From positions 92,559,898-92,623,897 of the forward strand of contig JAUZTB010000107.1 in the NCBI GenBank assembly GCA_034780895.1: a stretch of DNA of 64,000 nt. The letters are read 5' to 3'. Source of the stretch: Rhynchobatus australiae. Lineage: Eukaryota. The notes below the pieces were generated by a model. It worked only from the letters and a program-made list of their open reading frames with translations. It searched no databases and was not told where the DNA came from. Each line of letters begins with the position of its first letter. The first letter of the stretch is position 1. Of this stretch, positions 1-12,735 are shown one piece after another. The translations under genes were made by a program, and so were the position numbers.

Positions 1-80
1 CCATGTAAATTGAATTTTTTTCTTTCTTGAGATGATGTGAGGAACCTAATGAGCCACATCACCTGCAACTCATCCCTTAC

Positions 81-157
81 CTTATGTCTACCTTCTGTGG
101 GATCCCTAGGTTCCCACTTATGTTTTGGGGCCAAATATCCTTGATGCTCCAGCTGTT
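81..157 (-). CDS. Candidate exon (NSWSIKDIWPQNISGNLGIPQKVDI in phase 0)
   Basis: Acceptor ccaccttgcAG and donor AAG|GTAAGG. Phase-compatible with the 1336 donor. No homology recognised. Confidence 0.2.
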
Positions 158-261
158 CTGCAAGGTGGAGTAAACTACCAGACTGGAGGTGTTGTAAACT
201 GGGGTTCTGCCCGCAGACCACCCTGATAGCTCACAGACAACCCATACAAAAATTTCATAAT

Positions 262-567
262 ATTATGAGATATCTTTTTTGGTCACATGTACATCGACAC
301 ACACTGTGAAATGCATCTTTGCATAGAATGTGCTGGGGGCAGCCTGCAAGTGTCACCACACTTTCGGCGCCAACATAGCATGCCAACAATTTCCTAACCC
401 GTACATCTTAGGAATGTGGGAGGAAACTGGAGCACCCGGAGGAAACCCACGCAGACACAGGGAGAACGTACAAAACGTACAAACTCCTTACGGAAGGCAG
501 CCAGAATTGACCCTGGGTTGCTGGCATTGTAATAGCGTTACGCTAACCGCTGCACCATCGTGCCTGC
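262..567 (-). mobile_element. tRNA-derived V-SINE (young subfamily, Rex1-like tail)
   Basis: Reverse complement of the A/B-box head, V-domain (gtctgcgtgggtttcctccgggtgctcc) and cactgtgtgtcgatgtacatgtgac tail. Near-identical to other copies in the window. Confidence 0.9.
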
Positions 568-569
568 CT

Positions 570-910
570 AAGAAATAGGAACAGGCTTTGGCCATGTGAC
601 CTGTTGAACCTGTCTGCCATTTAATAAGATCATGGCTCATCTGATCATTTTCCTGTCGGTTTTCCAAAACCTTTGATTCCCCAGTGTACAAAAATTTATG
701 CCTTGAATGTATGTAATGACTCAGCCTCCACTGCTCTCTATGGTAGAGAATTCCAAAGACCCACAACCCTCTGAGAAAAGATATTCCATGTGATGTCAGT
801 CTTAAGTGGCTGATCCTTTATCTTGAACCTTTGCTCCTTTTCTGGGCTCCTCCACCAGGAAAAGTTGTATCTCGGCATCCACCCTGTCAAGCCCTCTCAA
901 AACTCGTGTG
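570..910 (-). mobile_element. CR1 LINE 3' end
   Basis: Reverse complement resembles the CR1 3' end at 4760-5110 (gtggaattctctacc..., ggaatcaaagg, gatcagatgagccatgatctt). Confidence 0.7.
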
Positions 911-1029
911 TTTCATTTCAGCCCTGCCCTAGTAACCAATTAGTTTGGTGCGCAGTCTTTCCAGCTCATTGAATTTGAAGCTTGTCCGGCAACTCTACTC
1001 AGTAACTTATTTATTAATTCATTGCTATT

Positions 1030-1200
1030 ATCCTTACCTCAGAGAAAGAAGATAGTGGGACTAGAACCCACTCCATAATCTCGGCTGACAGGAGTGCAAT
1101 CAGGAGGGATTGCTGTAATGATGACAGTGCCTCCTTTCCCATAACTGTGACCATGTCTATCTGTTTAGTGGATGCTTTCTCCATTCTCTATCAATGTCTC
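1030..1200 (+). mobile_element. Degenerate Deu-domain SINE (SacSINE1-like)
   Basis: ggctgac...agtgca...gagggattgctg...gtgcctccttt resembles the Deu core, as at 48830-49020. Confidence 0.4.
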
Positions 1201-1335
1201 GGTAAAATATATTCAAGTATCAAAATAAAAATGATTCCAACATTAAAAATAAGTTTTAAGACATATTCAAAAAGGCATAAGTTAATTGAAAGCATTACTT
1301 AAAATAAACAACAATAAACAACTCGCTTCACTTAC

Positions 1336-1426
1336 CTTTTTAAAGAAGGTCAGCAGCTCAATTGAATCAAGTGATTCACTGCTTGTACACAGACATCTGA
1401 CCTCTGGTGTGCTCCATTCTTCCATA
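1336..1426 (-). CDS. Candidate internal exon (xMEEWSTPEVRCLCTSSESLDSIELLTFFKK), unknown gene
   Basis: Acceptor ttgcAG, donor AAG|GTAAGT, 91 nt. Only one of three frames is open, and the sequence is not obviously repeat-derived. No homology recognised. Confidence 0.35.
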
Positions 1427-1539
1427 CTGCAATATGCAGATGTGAGAGTGCAGAACACACGTACAGTTGGTTGTCAGTTCTCTACAGGATGACTGGCTAG
1501 CCATCAGTGTGATCCACCCCAATGTTACAGTGGAGGAAT

Positions 1540-1880
1540 CACTGTGATGCAGTTAGCAGAGCTGCTGCCTCACAGTACCAGAGACCCGGGTTTAATCCTG
1601 ACCTTGGGAGCTGCCTGTGTGGACTCGGAATGTTCTCCCTGTAACTGCTTGGATTTCCTTTAGGTTCTCGTTTCCTCCCACATCCTAAAGACATGCAGGT
1701 TGGTGATTTCTTTGCCACTGTGAATTGCCCTCGTGTGTAGGTGAATGGTAGAATTTGGGGGGAGTTGATGAGAATTTGGAAGGATAAAAGAATGGAATTA
1801 ATGTGGAATTAGTATAAATGAGTGATCGATGGTTGGTGGAGATTTGGTAGGCTGAAGGGGTTGTTTCTGTGCTGTCTCTC
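1540..1880 (+). mobile_element. HE1-type V-SINE (older, CR1-derived tail)
   Basis: Head gcagttagcagagctgctgcctcacag...gacccgggtttaatcctg, V-domain, and tail ggctgaaggggttgtttctgtgctg. Confidence 0.85.
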
Positions 1881-1959
1881 TCTTTCCCTCTACTCTTCAA
1901 AAACTGAAAGCCGACAAATCTCCTGAACCTTATTCCTTGCATCCTAGCTTCTAAGAGAG

Positions 1960-2590
1960 GTGCCTGTAGAGATTCTGGAACAGGCCCAAGAAGCTGAAGC
2001 TAACAAATGTAACACCAAGAAAGGAAGGAGAGAGAAAATACAGAACTTTTCCTGACATCATTTGAAGGTCAAGTGCTAGACTCCACTTGATAACAGAGTA
2101 CATAGAAAATTGTTCTATGGCGAGGCAGGTTTAGTGCGGTTTTATGAAAGGGAAACGTAATAGATTTTGTTGAGAATGTAACGAGCAGGGGAAAACCAGT
2201 GATTACAGTATATTTGAGTTTCAAACATTATTTGATAAGGCACTGCATAAAATGTTATCACATAAAGTAAGGGGTCAGGGGTTGTGGGGTGAGAGGGTGA
2301 AAGGAAGAAAGGATTTTCAGTTTGGCAGTATTGGACCCTCACCTATTCACAACATATTAATGACAGATGAAGAGGCAGAGTGTTATGCATCCAAACTACA
2401 AAGCAAGATGAGAAAGGGTGAAGATGCAGAGTGTGCAAAGGATATAGATTCAGTCAGTGGGGAAAAGGATGGCAGATGCAGTATGACCCAGGAAAACCCA
2501 ACTTTATTCATTTTGAAACTTCATTGTCATGGTGGGAATAAACAGAAAGTAGTTTTAAAATGATGAGAAACTAGAAGATGTGGGTGTCCA
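1960..2590 (+). mobile_element. Heavily deleted CR1 ORF2 fragment
   Basis: Remnants of ANVTP, AFDKxPH-like (atttgataaggcactgcataaa) and SVLGP motifs. Confidence 0.6.
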
Positions 2591-5112
2591 GGGATCCGGG
2601 TTTATGTTTCTGGACCGTGGCATAACAAATTTAGTTCATGGAGGATGATTAGACTATATTTGGGAAGAATACCTGAGAATCCATGGAGTGGGAGGGGAAA
2701 GATCCAGTTGCATTGGTCCCTATAGGTACCAACATCATAAGCAGGAATGTGAGAAAGTAGGATCTAAATTAAATAGCATAACCATAAAAGTAATAATTTC
2801 TGGGTTACTACCTGAGCCACATGCACATTAACATAAGGTCAATAAGATCAGAGATCTTATTGGATGAATCTTTGAAAGATTGGTATGGGAGAAGTGGGTT
2901 TCCTGTTTCTTTGGGATGGGCTTCATTTCATTCAAGCTGGGATCAGTATCTTGGTAAATTGACTAACTATGACTATAGATAGATCTTTATGCTAAATAGT
3001 TGTGTGGGGGGAGGTGGTGTACGCGCAGTTTCAGGTGAGGGGAATTTGATAAAATTAGAAAAAGTACAACGAGATAATATATGGCAACAATATGGGGTAA
3101 TGATAACCAGTGTGTGACAGGAAGGAACAGAAGGTACAAACATAAGATTGCACTTGAAAACAGGATCAGAGTAGGGAAAATGGTAAAAAAGACAAATTTC
3201 AAATCTAAATGCATGCAGCATTCGTAACAATTCAGTTAAGGCACACAGAGAAATGAGTGGATATGATCTGAACCCATGTCAGAGATACTGTTGCGAGGCA
3301 ACCGAGGATGCAATTAAATATTCCAGAAAGATGGGCAAAAAGGAGAGGGTTACCTCTGTTAATGACATCAGCATAAGAGTGAGAAATTGTCTTGGCTCAG
3401 AAGATCAAGATGTGGAATCAGTTTAGGTAGGAATAAGAAATAGCAAAGGACAGATGTAATTGTTGGGAGTAGTCTAATGACTCCCTAAATAAAGATCAGA
3501 CTAAAAATCAAGAAATAACGGAGTCTTATAAGAAAGCTTCCACAAGAATTGTGAGTAACTTTAATCTTTATTTAGATTAGACAAGTCAAATTGGCTAAAG
3601 TAGACGTGAGGACAAACGATGTTCTCATTCTGAAAAATGAATAATTGCAAAAAGGAAAGGCTGAGAAGTTCCCCGAAGAAGTGGTTGCAAAGATAATGGA
3701 TGCATGATCTTCCAAAATTTCTTAAACCCTGGAGAGGTCATGAGATAGGAAAACTACCACAAATATAACTCCCCTATTCAAGAAAGAATGGAGAGTGCAG
3801 GAAACTCTAGGTCAGTTATTCTAACACCTGATATTGGAAAAATGTTAGAATCTATCATCTAGGAAGTAGTAACAGAACATTTAGACAAACATTAGACAGT
3901 TAAGCAGAGTCAATGTGGTTTAAGTGAAAAGAAAATAGCATTTAACAATTTTAAGAGTACCTAAAGATTAGAATAGTGAACATGGAGAAAGGGGAATGAT
4001 GAGATATAGGGTGTTTGGATTTCTATATTAATAAGGTGATACATGAAGGGTATTGGGCAAGGCAAGAACTCATGGCTCTGTGGATAAAAAATGGATTCTT
4101 CTCAGGTTGTCAAGCCATGAATAGTGGGGTACCACAGGGATTGATGCTTGAGTCCTAGGTATTCACAAACTGTATTAATGATTTGGCTGAATAAACCAAA
4201 TATCATATTTCAAAGTTTGCTGATGATACTAAGCGAGGTAGGATTGGTAGTACGTAGGAGGATGTAAAGAGGCTTCAAACGGAGACTGACAAGCAAAGTA
4301 ACTGGCTGAGAAGATGGCTGATGGAATGTAGAATAATGTGAGGTTACCTACTTTGGAACACAGAACAGAGAAGTACTTTTAAAATAATGAGAGGTTGGGT
4401 AGTGTTAATATTCAAAAGGATCTAGATCTGCTTGTAGACAAGTCACTGAAAGCTAACATATAGATACAATAAGTGATTAGGAAGGGAAATGGTATTCAGC
4501 CTTTATTACAAGAGGATTTTAATGGAAGAATAAGGAAGTTTCACTGCAATTATACAGTGTCTTAATGCCTGGAACATTGTCCAGTTTTAGAATTCTTACC
4601 TTAGAAAGGATTGACTTAGCATAGAGGAAGTGCAGCAAAGATTCACTCAACTGATTCTGGGGATAGGGAGTTTGCTGTAGGAGGGAGAGATTGAATTGAC
4701 TAGGCCTGTATTTTCTAGAATTCAGAATTAGGAGATTTCATTTAAACATAAAATTCTTGGAGGCTTTAACAGGCTAGTTGCAGGGGAAAAGTTTCTCCTG
4801 CTCAAGGGATCTAGAACCGGGGTCAGAGTCTCAGAATTGAGAGGTAGCCCATTTAGGACTGAGGTGAGGAAAAACTTCTTCACTCAGAGAGTGGTGAATC
4901 CTTGGAATTCTTTACCCCAGAGGATGGCAGCGGCTCAGTCGTCGAGTTCATTCAGAACAGTCACTCATGGATTTCTGGATATTAAATGAATCAAGGAATA
5001 TGGTGATAATGGAAGAATGTGGCACCAAGGTAACAGATCAGCTATAATCTTAGTGAATAGCAGAGTGGGCTCAAGGGCTGGATGCCTTTCTCCTGCTCCT
5101 ACTTCTTATGTT
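2590..5112 (+). mobile_element. Long decayed CR1 LINE (ORF1 esterase remnant, endonuclease, RT, 3' UTR)
   Basis: ORF1-like IGTN, VIISGLLPEPHA and DGLH at about 2720-2925. RT SGVPQG at about 4122 and KFADDTK at about 4212. 3' end cctgctcctacttcttatgttc. Many stops and deletions. Confidence 0.85.
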
Positions 5113-5149
5113 CAAACATTCTTATATTGGTACAGATAGAAGATTGCCC

Positions 5150-6250
5150 AACTAAAATAAAACAGAGCCATTTTCTGGTTGGCAAGTTATAACAGGAATC
5201 AATATCAGCCACTTGCATTCTACACGAAAAAGTTAAATCAATGAACTATGTTTTTCAGATTTGCTGATAATGCAAATATGGGTGTGCATGCAAGCTGTGA
5301 AGAAGACACAAAGAGTCAATAAAGGGTTTTAGATAGGTTAACTGAGTAGGCAAAAAATTGGCTGATAGTGTATTATGTGGGGGACGATTATAGAAGTAGT
5401 GAAGTCCTCCTACAACTATGTGGGGCATCCTTATTTACTGTACAGGGATAGACTTGCATTGGATGCATTTTAGAGAAGGTTCACTAAATTGAATCCGGTG
5501 CTCAAGGGGTTGCCTAATGAGGAACAGCTGAGCAGATGGGACCTATACTAATTAAGCATAGGACAGGCACGGCAGAGTAGTGGTTAGCATAACGCTTTAC
5601 AGTGCCAGTGACCTGGGTTCAGATCTGGCCGCTGTCTGTAAGGAGTTTATATGTTCTCCCTGTGTCTGCATGGGTTCCCTCCGGGTGTTCCAGTTTCCTC
5701 CCATGTTCCAAAGGAATGTTGTGTGCATGCTATGTTGGCGCTGGAAACGTGGCGACACTTGTGTGTTGCCCCCAGAACACTCTACGCAAAAAGATGCATT
5801 TCACTGTGTGTTTCGATGTACATGGGACTAATGGGACTAATAAAGATATCTTATCTTATAAACTTGAGAAGAATGAGGAATAATTTTATTCAAGTATACA
5901 AGGTTCTGAAAAAGCTTGACAGGATAGGTGCTGAGAAGTTTCTCCTCATGGGAGAATATAGAACTATGGGCAGGTGGGGGAGGGAAGGGTCATAGCTTCA
6001 GAATAAGGGATTGTCCATTTAAAATGGAGATAAGGAAGAATTTTCTCTGAGAATAATGACTCTTTGGAATCTCTTTTCCCAGGGAGCTGAATGACTGAAT
6101 ATTCAAGACAGGGGCAAATTTATAGATCAGTTTTAGACTATAGAGAAGAAAAAGGTAATTAGAGGTGAGGTCAAGATCAACTCAGCTGAGATCTAACAGA
6201 ATAGCAAAGCAGACTTGAGGGTATGTAGGGCCCACTTCTGCTCCTACTTT
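5150..6250 (+). mobile_element. CR1 3' fragment interrupted by a SINE at 5567-5859
   Basis: tttgctgataatgcaaa (FADxxK), agaaggttcactaaattga (RRFTKL), and 3' end cttctgctcctacttt. Confidence 0.75.
5567..5859 (+). mobile_element. V-SINE (young subfamily)
   Basis: Full head, V-domain and tail ending aataaagatatcttatctta. Confidence 0.9.
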
Positions 6251-6517
6251 TATTTGTTGTTACAGGTATTATAGTAATGAAAGATTGGGTGACAACAGTA
6301 AAGTTATATGTTTGAACTTTAATTGAGACTGAGTTTTATTTCATTTAATATCACAGAGGAAAGGATGAAATGATGTTAGTCTATAATTTGAGGTTCACAA
6401 TGGCATACACCGATTTGGAGTGCAAAGCACAACTGGCTTGTGAACAACCTTGAACTGGAAATGTTACTTCATCATTTTTGTAAATAGCAAGAATACTTGC
6501 AAACTAATTGCTATTGT

Positions 6518-6537
6518 AGCTGCTGCTGCTGCTGCTT
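6518..6537. repeat. (GCT)6 microsatellite
   Basis: agctgctgctgctgctgctt. Confidence 0.8.
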
Positions 6538-7252
6538 TAAAACTGTTTGGCAGCTGATACCCTGAGGATTGAACTCCTGGTTATGACAAAGACCTTTGGG
6601 CATATTGCATCATGGGACCTAATGGTCCAGCCGCACAAGAACAGCTTTTTCTGCTGACTTGCAAGAGATTGTGATGACACTGTATTTCACAACAAATCTA
6701 CATTGCCACTTAATCAGGCAGACAGTGGCTCTAATTAATTGCAACCTTTCAAAATAAATCTTAAAATTTGTTCCAAAGCACCAGACGTCCAAGAAAAAAA
6801 AACACCCGCACATTGTATTCCCAAATTACTTCCTTAATACATTTATCAAGCTTGTGATATCACTGTTACTACACCCAAGCAAGGCCATGATACCATTCCT
6901 TTCTCACTATTGTGTTTGAACAAATCCTGTCATATTTTTAGCAAATCAGCTCTTTTGTTACAATGGACCTGCACGCATAGTGTTCCTCTTCCAGTCCCCC
7001 ACTGCACACAGACAAAGACGAAGACAGACACAAACATACATAAACAAGGGTCAATTTTAAATCAACACACTTGTCATAAATTAAGGGTGCAGTGCTGCAT
7101 ATCACCCCAACTGATTTGGCCCCCCATTGTTGCCAAGACTGTTAGCAATAGCAGCCATGGTTTAACATTAATGTTACACTCAATCCTGTGGGTTTCTTGC
7201 CTGGAGTTAGGTATCTTTTGAGAGAAATGAAAAGAATAGCACTTGCACATAC

Positions 7253-7282
7253 CAAGTCTGCTCAGGATGTGCATCCAGGAAA
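7253..7282 (-). CDS. Candidate 30 nt micro-exon (FLDAHPEQT or SWMHILSRL)
   Basis: Good acceptor gttgtttattttcacAG and donor TTG|GTATGT. Symmetric length, and phase-compatible with 1336-1426. Confidence 0.2.
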
Positions 7283-8041
7283 CTGTGAAAATAAACAACA
7301 CTGGATTATTAGCTCCATTTTGTAAGAGATGACAGAAGCTGTGTGCTTCCACCTTTTCATCCATCATCACCTTGTCAGAATAATCTATGGAAGATAAGAT
7401 TCTTAAATAACTAATGATTGATTTGTCTACTATCTTCATTTACACAATTAAAACCATTTTGGGGTAATTTGTTTCTTTTGCTTCCGTCTTTCAGCTGGAC
7501 CTTTCCAAATTAAATGTGGGGAGATGCAGGATTCTGAACCACAATTAGGAACAATCACAAGTTCTGTAAATGGGTTGGCTAGAAACAATGGGATTTGATG
7601 ATTCTCCTTTTAACATGGCTAAGAGATGTAACGTTAAAAAAAACAAAACTACATGCCTCTCAGGCAACCCAGGTGTCTGCTTATACTGGAGCACTCTGGG
7701 TCAGATTGCACTTTGCCAGAAAAAGAAGGCCTTTGTTCTCTCTATGATGTTATCTACATATACTTTTTATGGAGTTGTGTGCTATTTTGATACCAATCAG
7801 CACTCCATGAAGAATTTTGAAAAAAAAATGATTAAACGCAAGCCCATAAAACAAGCTCAGGCAATATTTTCTTTCAATGTGCTTCTGAATCTCATTAGAT
7901 AATATTAAATTTATAACATTGCAAGGCTTCCAGTACATTGGACATTCACAAAAGAATGACTCTGAAAGCCAGAAAATAACCAGATGCTAAATTCCTAATG
8001 AAGTATTTTGGCAGCTGGCCTAAAGAGCCAAATTATTATAA

Positions 8042-8772
8042 TGGGCCAGATTGTGCTAGAGCAGGGATTCTCGTGATGTGCCCTGTTAGGCTTGATTGTG
8101 CACATTTTAACCTTTTTGCCCACAAAGTTGCTGAGAGTGCAAATAGATAACATTGAGGTGAGGTGTTTGGGAACCTGAGTGTTCATGGGGGTAAGAGCTG
8201 TACATCTTCTTATTGAAATTAAAGCACAGCAATAAATAGAGGAAGGTCTGAGAAAGTGAATTCGGGTAGGTGAGTTCAGTGTCTAACTAGGTATAGAAAG
8301 AGAAATAAAGTGAGGGAATGAAAGTTTGAACTAAGAAGGAGAACAAAAAGAAATATAAAAGGAAAACCCAAGAAAAACCTTTAAACACAGGTATTTTCAA
8401 AACCTTCAACAATAATATGCAACTTGAAGGAATGAGAATCCCTACTTCAAATTATTCACATTCTGGGCAAAAGATGTTGATTGGCAGCCATTAACAATTG
8501 CCAAGAAAGTTGCAACATAATTATATACTGGAATTTAATTTCTCTGGTGAGTTTAATAGGAGGTAATATGTAAACCTGGCAATTTTGTGGAAATTATCCT
8601 GAAACTAAGGGTGATTTATCATTTCCATGAATCTAACAGATGAGCGCCAATAATTGGCTCCCAACTCCTGGTGATTTGCAATTCATAGGGATAACTATTC
8701 CAAAACATAATTTGCTGCCCCGTCTCTGATTTGTACATGTGTATTGTTCATATTTCTGCATATTCTGGTCCA
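8042..8772. mobile_element. Putative non-autonomous DNA transposon (Harbinger-like MITE)
   Basis: Imperfect terminal inverted repeats TGGGCCAGATTGTGC (8042) and GCATATTCTGGTCCA (ending 8772), flanked by TAA and TTA. Confidence 0.45.
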
Positions 8773-10529
8773 TTAACACTTTTACTCTTTGCATAAGAGA
8801 TGTCCAATTTGGTGTTAAATGATCAAATGCTAAAATCCAAGTATTTAAAGAAGAATTCAGAGGAATTTCTGAATTCCTGTTGGTTATTTTAAAGAGGCTA
8901 CTTCAAGCTCAGGTCACAGTGCCAGGCATAATACTCCATTTTGTGGAAGGAGAACACATTGCTCTGGAAATACATTAGTATTTGAGATATTAAAGCTTAG
9001 TAAATTGGATTGATAATATCATTGTTTCCTTCCAGCCATGATATTGGGGAAATTAAGTGTTGCATGGCTAATTTTCAAAGTCACTGTCTTGGTGAAAGGG
9101 AGACAGAGCAGATCATTCACCCACAGTGGAACTTGCCAGACTTCTGTGTAATTAATTCGAGAAGTTGAAAATTCTACCTGCTAATCAGTTGGTTAATCTC
9201 AGCCTAAGCTATTAGACTTTCTGTTTAAGTTAACTTTAATTTTCAAAGGTCAATTGTGATCTTTAGCTGTAGAACTTTGAAGTTGCAACAAGGTCAGTTA
9301 TAAATGAGCTTGAACATTAAGAGGGCATTCTCCTTCCTTAAGTTGTTGGTGTTTAATTCTAGTTTCAACTGAGAGTTGCACAGAAAGTACCTTTGCATTG
9401 CAAGTTCCCATCTCAGGAGAAGTCATGGGGTAGCAGTGAAGGACCTGTTTGTTTATTATTGTACTACTCAAACATGGATCAAGTCAGGATTTGTTGTAAT
9501 GCTCATAATGTATGTGTCCTTCACTCACTCTGCTCCTTTATCTAGGTTAATAGTGTAGATAGATAGTGGAAAATATTATAGAAATAAATAGAATTTGTTT
9601 AAAAAAAGTAAAAAGATAAACTTAAAGGTTTTAATATTCAAACTTCCTGTGCTTATGTGCAATGTTTTCTTAACAAGGAATAGTGTCAGACTTGGCATGA
9701 AGAACGAAATAATTCAATGTCAAGGAAAGCAGAATCCTTGGAGTTAAATTGTCCAGGAGCTTCTTCCAATTGTGCTTTCTCAGTGATTCCTTCAAATCAA
9801 GTGTACATTGCCGTGACTCATTTAGAAATCACAGATTTGAGTTTAAAAGCTTTGTTCCTTACAAAAATCAACAGGAGCAAATTTTAAATAAAACTGATCA
9901 TGCCTCCAACAATGCAGTGGATGAAAGGAGTTTGTGTACCAGGAGAAATAGACATAGCATTTGGAATCTCCAGGAGTTTAGAACATTTTATCATTGGCAC
10001 CCTAAGGTTGATAAAGTTTCTGAAGATATTTTTCCATTTTATTTGAGGAAATCAGTAGTTAAAAATAAAAGCACATTGTCCTTGTGGCCAAGTCTAAATG
10101 CAAAATATCAAGTAGTACACTGCTTATTTTTGTGCATATTATTTGATCTATATCTCCCCATTACAGCAATATAATGCTGAAATGTATTGCTCCTGTAATT
10201 TTACACTCCTCTCAGGTATAAGGACATGCATGTGACAATTCAGAAACTTCAGTATATCTACAATCCAATATTTCTGTCAGATTTTCAACTTTCTTACCAG
10301 CTTTCATTGTTGATCTGTAAGAGAAACAGTCCAATTTGGGACAATCTGCAACACTAGATTTTATTCAGCTGGCAAGTTGAAAACTTACCCCATTACACAT
10401 CAACCCTCTGCCCTCTCTTTATCTGTTATTTTAAGAGTCTTTTGCTTTCTCCTTGATAATGCAGTTTCTCCTTGACTTGCAGTTGCTGATANNNNNNNNN
10501 NNNNNNNNNNNNNNNNNNNNNAGAAGGTA

Positions 10530-10850
10530 ACCATTTAGCCCATGCCTGCTCCCTGTGGAGCAGTTCCATCTGTCCCATTCCCTCTCTCCTCATTTCTGTG
10601 CACCCCTGCAACTTATTCTCTCTGACACATGCCAGGCAACTCCCCTTTGATCCTTTTTGCCATTAACCTACAGAGGCAATTTACTGTAGATAATAACTCT
10701 ACTGGCACATCTTAGGGATATGGCATGAAATTGGAGTGTGCAGGGGAACCCATGTGGTTACAGAGAGAACATGCAAACTCTACCCATCTGAGTTTAGGAT
10801 CGAACGTTGATCTATGGAACTATGAGGTGGCAGTGTCACGGTGCTACTCT
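10530..10850 (-). mobile_element. Degenerate HE1-type SINE
   Basis: gggaacccatgtggttacagagagaacatgcaaactc...aggatcgaac is the reverse complement of the V-domain and B-box. Confidence 0.65.
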
Positions 10851-12284
10851 TCAGGAAGAAGTGCTGGGGCTTGATGTTGGGATGAAAGAAGGGGTAGGAG
10901 ATGTGTTTCAGGTGAAAGGGAGTTCATGTTTCAAGTGATTTGAGAATTATTTTATCAAGAACACTATGGAAAACACAGGTACAATAGACTGAATAGCCAC
11001 TTTTAAAGCTGTATTATTCTTTAATTTTAAGCTGGGTGTTTTAAATAGTGCTTTTCTAAAGAGGCAAATCTTTGGAAAAATAACCTGGCGGTTACATGCA
11101 AAATGTACTGCCAAGGAACAGCACTTTACGATTTAGAAATGTTAATCACCTTCACAGTAAGTTCATGTGGAGGAAAGGATATAAGATATCGCGTTGTGGT
11201 AATGTTTCCTCCTGGGATAAAGGGTGGAAGTATCAATGGGCAAGGAAACTCTGAAATCATTTGGCCACCTTCCTGAAGCTTGTTACGGGGTCTGTATTTG
11301 CAGAAGCCTGGAACAGCTCACCCAATGGACCCCCAGCTAGGTGGTGTGTGCAATGACAAGAGCAAAATAACCCAAGAAGAAAAAGGCCAAAATAATAATT
11401 GTAGAACAAAGCAAGTACAAATCTGTTCAAGTCTAACCTCGGCACCATGCTTAAATGAACACATTCCTTTACATTTCATTCAAGAAGATATACTTGTAAA
11501 TATTTGCTAAACTAAATAGAGTTACAAATAAAAGGTAATTCATGGGATATGTGGAAGAACATTAATCTTGTGTCCATTGTCAACCATCTTGTTCATTGCC
11601 ATTGTGTGCCTCCGACAATCTGCCTGACCCTTTGGCCTGACCTTGCTTGGCCCAGAATGATGAAAGGCTGATGGGAGTGCTACTTCAGGCTCTGGATCAC
11701 CCCAGTGCTCTCAGTTGTTCAGCTCTGCCACAGGCTGACCACAGCCCCTGGCAGTCGGAAACGTGCCCGATTTCCACGCATCATTTATCAGTCTGACTAC
11801 TGCAGGCCAAGGCCATTTTCATTCAAAGATTCTTTCATGCATGATTCAGTGGAGCCTTTTGCCATCTCCATGCCTCTGGGAACACAAGGGAAAATGTAGA
11901 AGCAAGGAGACAGATGCTAGAGGCAAGCACTATCAGAGCTCTCTTATCCCATTACCCAGTCCGATTGAAGGATACCCCTATTTGGTGTGAGGGGCTACTT
12001 GACCTAATGTCTCCAATGCAATCTTCAGAGCACACATTGTGAAGTAAATGTATGAGAGTGAGTGGAGTAAGATAGCCCCCAAAACAGGTGTGAGGATAGC
12101 AATGTGCAATTAGCCTCCCCATTGTTGTCTGCATTGCGCTCATGTCAACTTTATGCTGCTCATTGCAAGGGTTTTCGTAGGCAGTTAACATTCACTACAT
12201 TGTGAACTGGTGGTACATCTCAGTAGGGATAGAGTGTTCTAATTTGGTAGCACCAATTAAAGTTAATTAGCCTTTCTTAAGCAG

Positions 12285-12735
12285 GAGACACAAGAGATTG
12301 CAGGTGGAATCTGGAGCAAAAACAAACTGCTGGAAAAAACTCAAAGGGTCAAACAGCATCCATAGAGGCAAAGAGATGGTCGATATTTTTGGTCGAGACC
12401 CTGCATCAGGATTGGGCGTGCAGAGGGAAGATAGCCAGTATGAAGGGGTGAGAGGGAGGGCTGAGATAGAGGCTGGAAGGTGATAGGTGGAACCAGATAC
12501 AGGAGGGATGATGGGCAGATGGAACCAGGTGTGGGAGAGTGATGAGTCTCGGTAATTGGTTGGGGGGTGCAGGGTTGATGGAAAAGGTTAACAAGATGAA
12601 AGAGAAGCTGAGTGGACTGGTGGAAGTGGGAAAAAAAAATGGTAGTGTGTGTTACCTGAAACTGGAAAATTCAATGTTTATACCGTTGGGTTATAGGCTA
12701 ACCAAGCAAAATATAAAGTGTTGTTCTTCTAGTAT
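12285..12735 (-). mobile_element. Penelope-like element 3' end (GIY-YIG C-terminus plus pLTR)
   Basis: Minus translation LEEQHFIFCLVSL*PNGINIEFSSFR matches the Penelope-type C-terminal motif LEEQHLIFRLGTLQPxGxNIEF. It is followed by a terminus with a degenerate hammerhead core. Confidence 0.75.

Noticed and set aside
5567-5640. tRNA-like A/B boxes here and in other copies
   Set aside because: These are SINE heads. There is no complete cloverleaf, and they continue into the V-domain.
8853-8876. Perfect 9 bp hairpin gaattcaga-N6-tctgaattc
   Set aside because: A stem this short is plausible by chance in 64 kb of AT-rich DNA.
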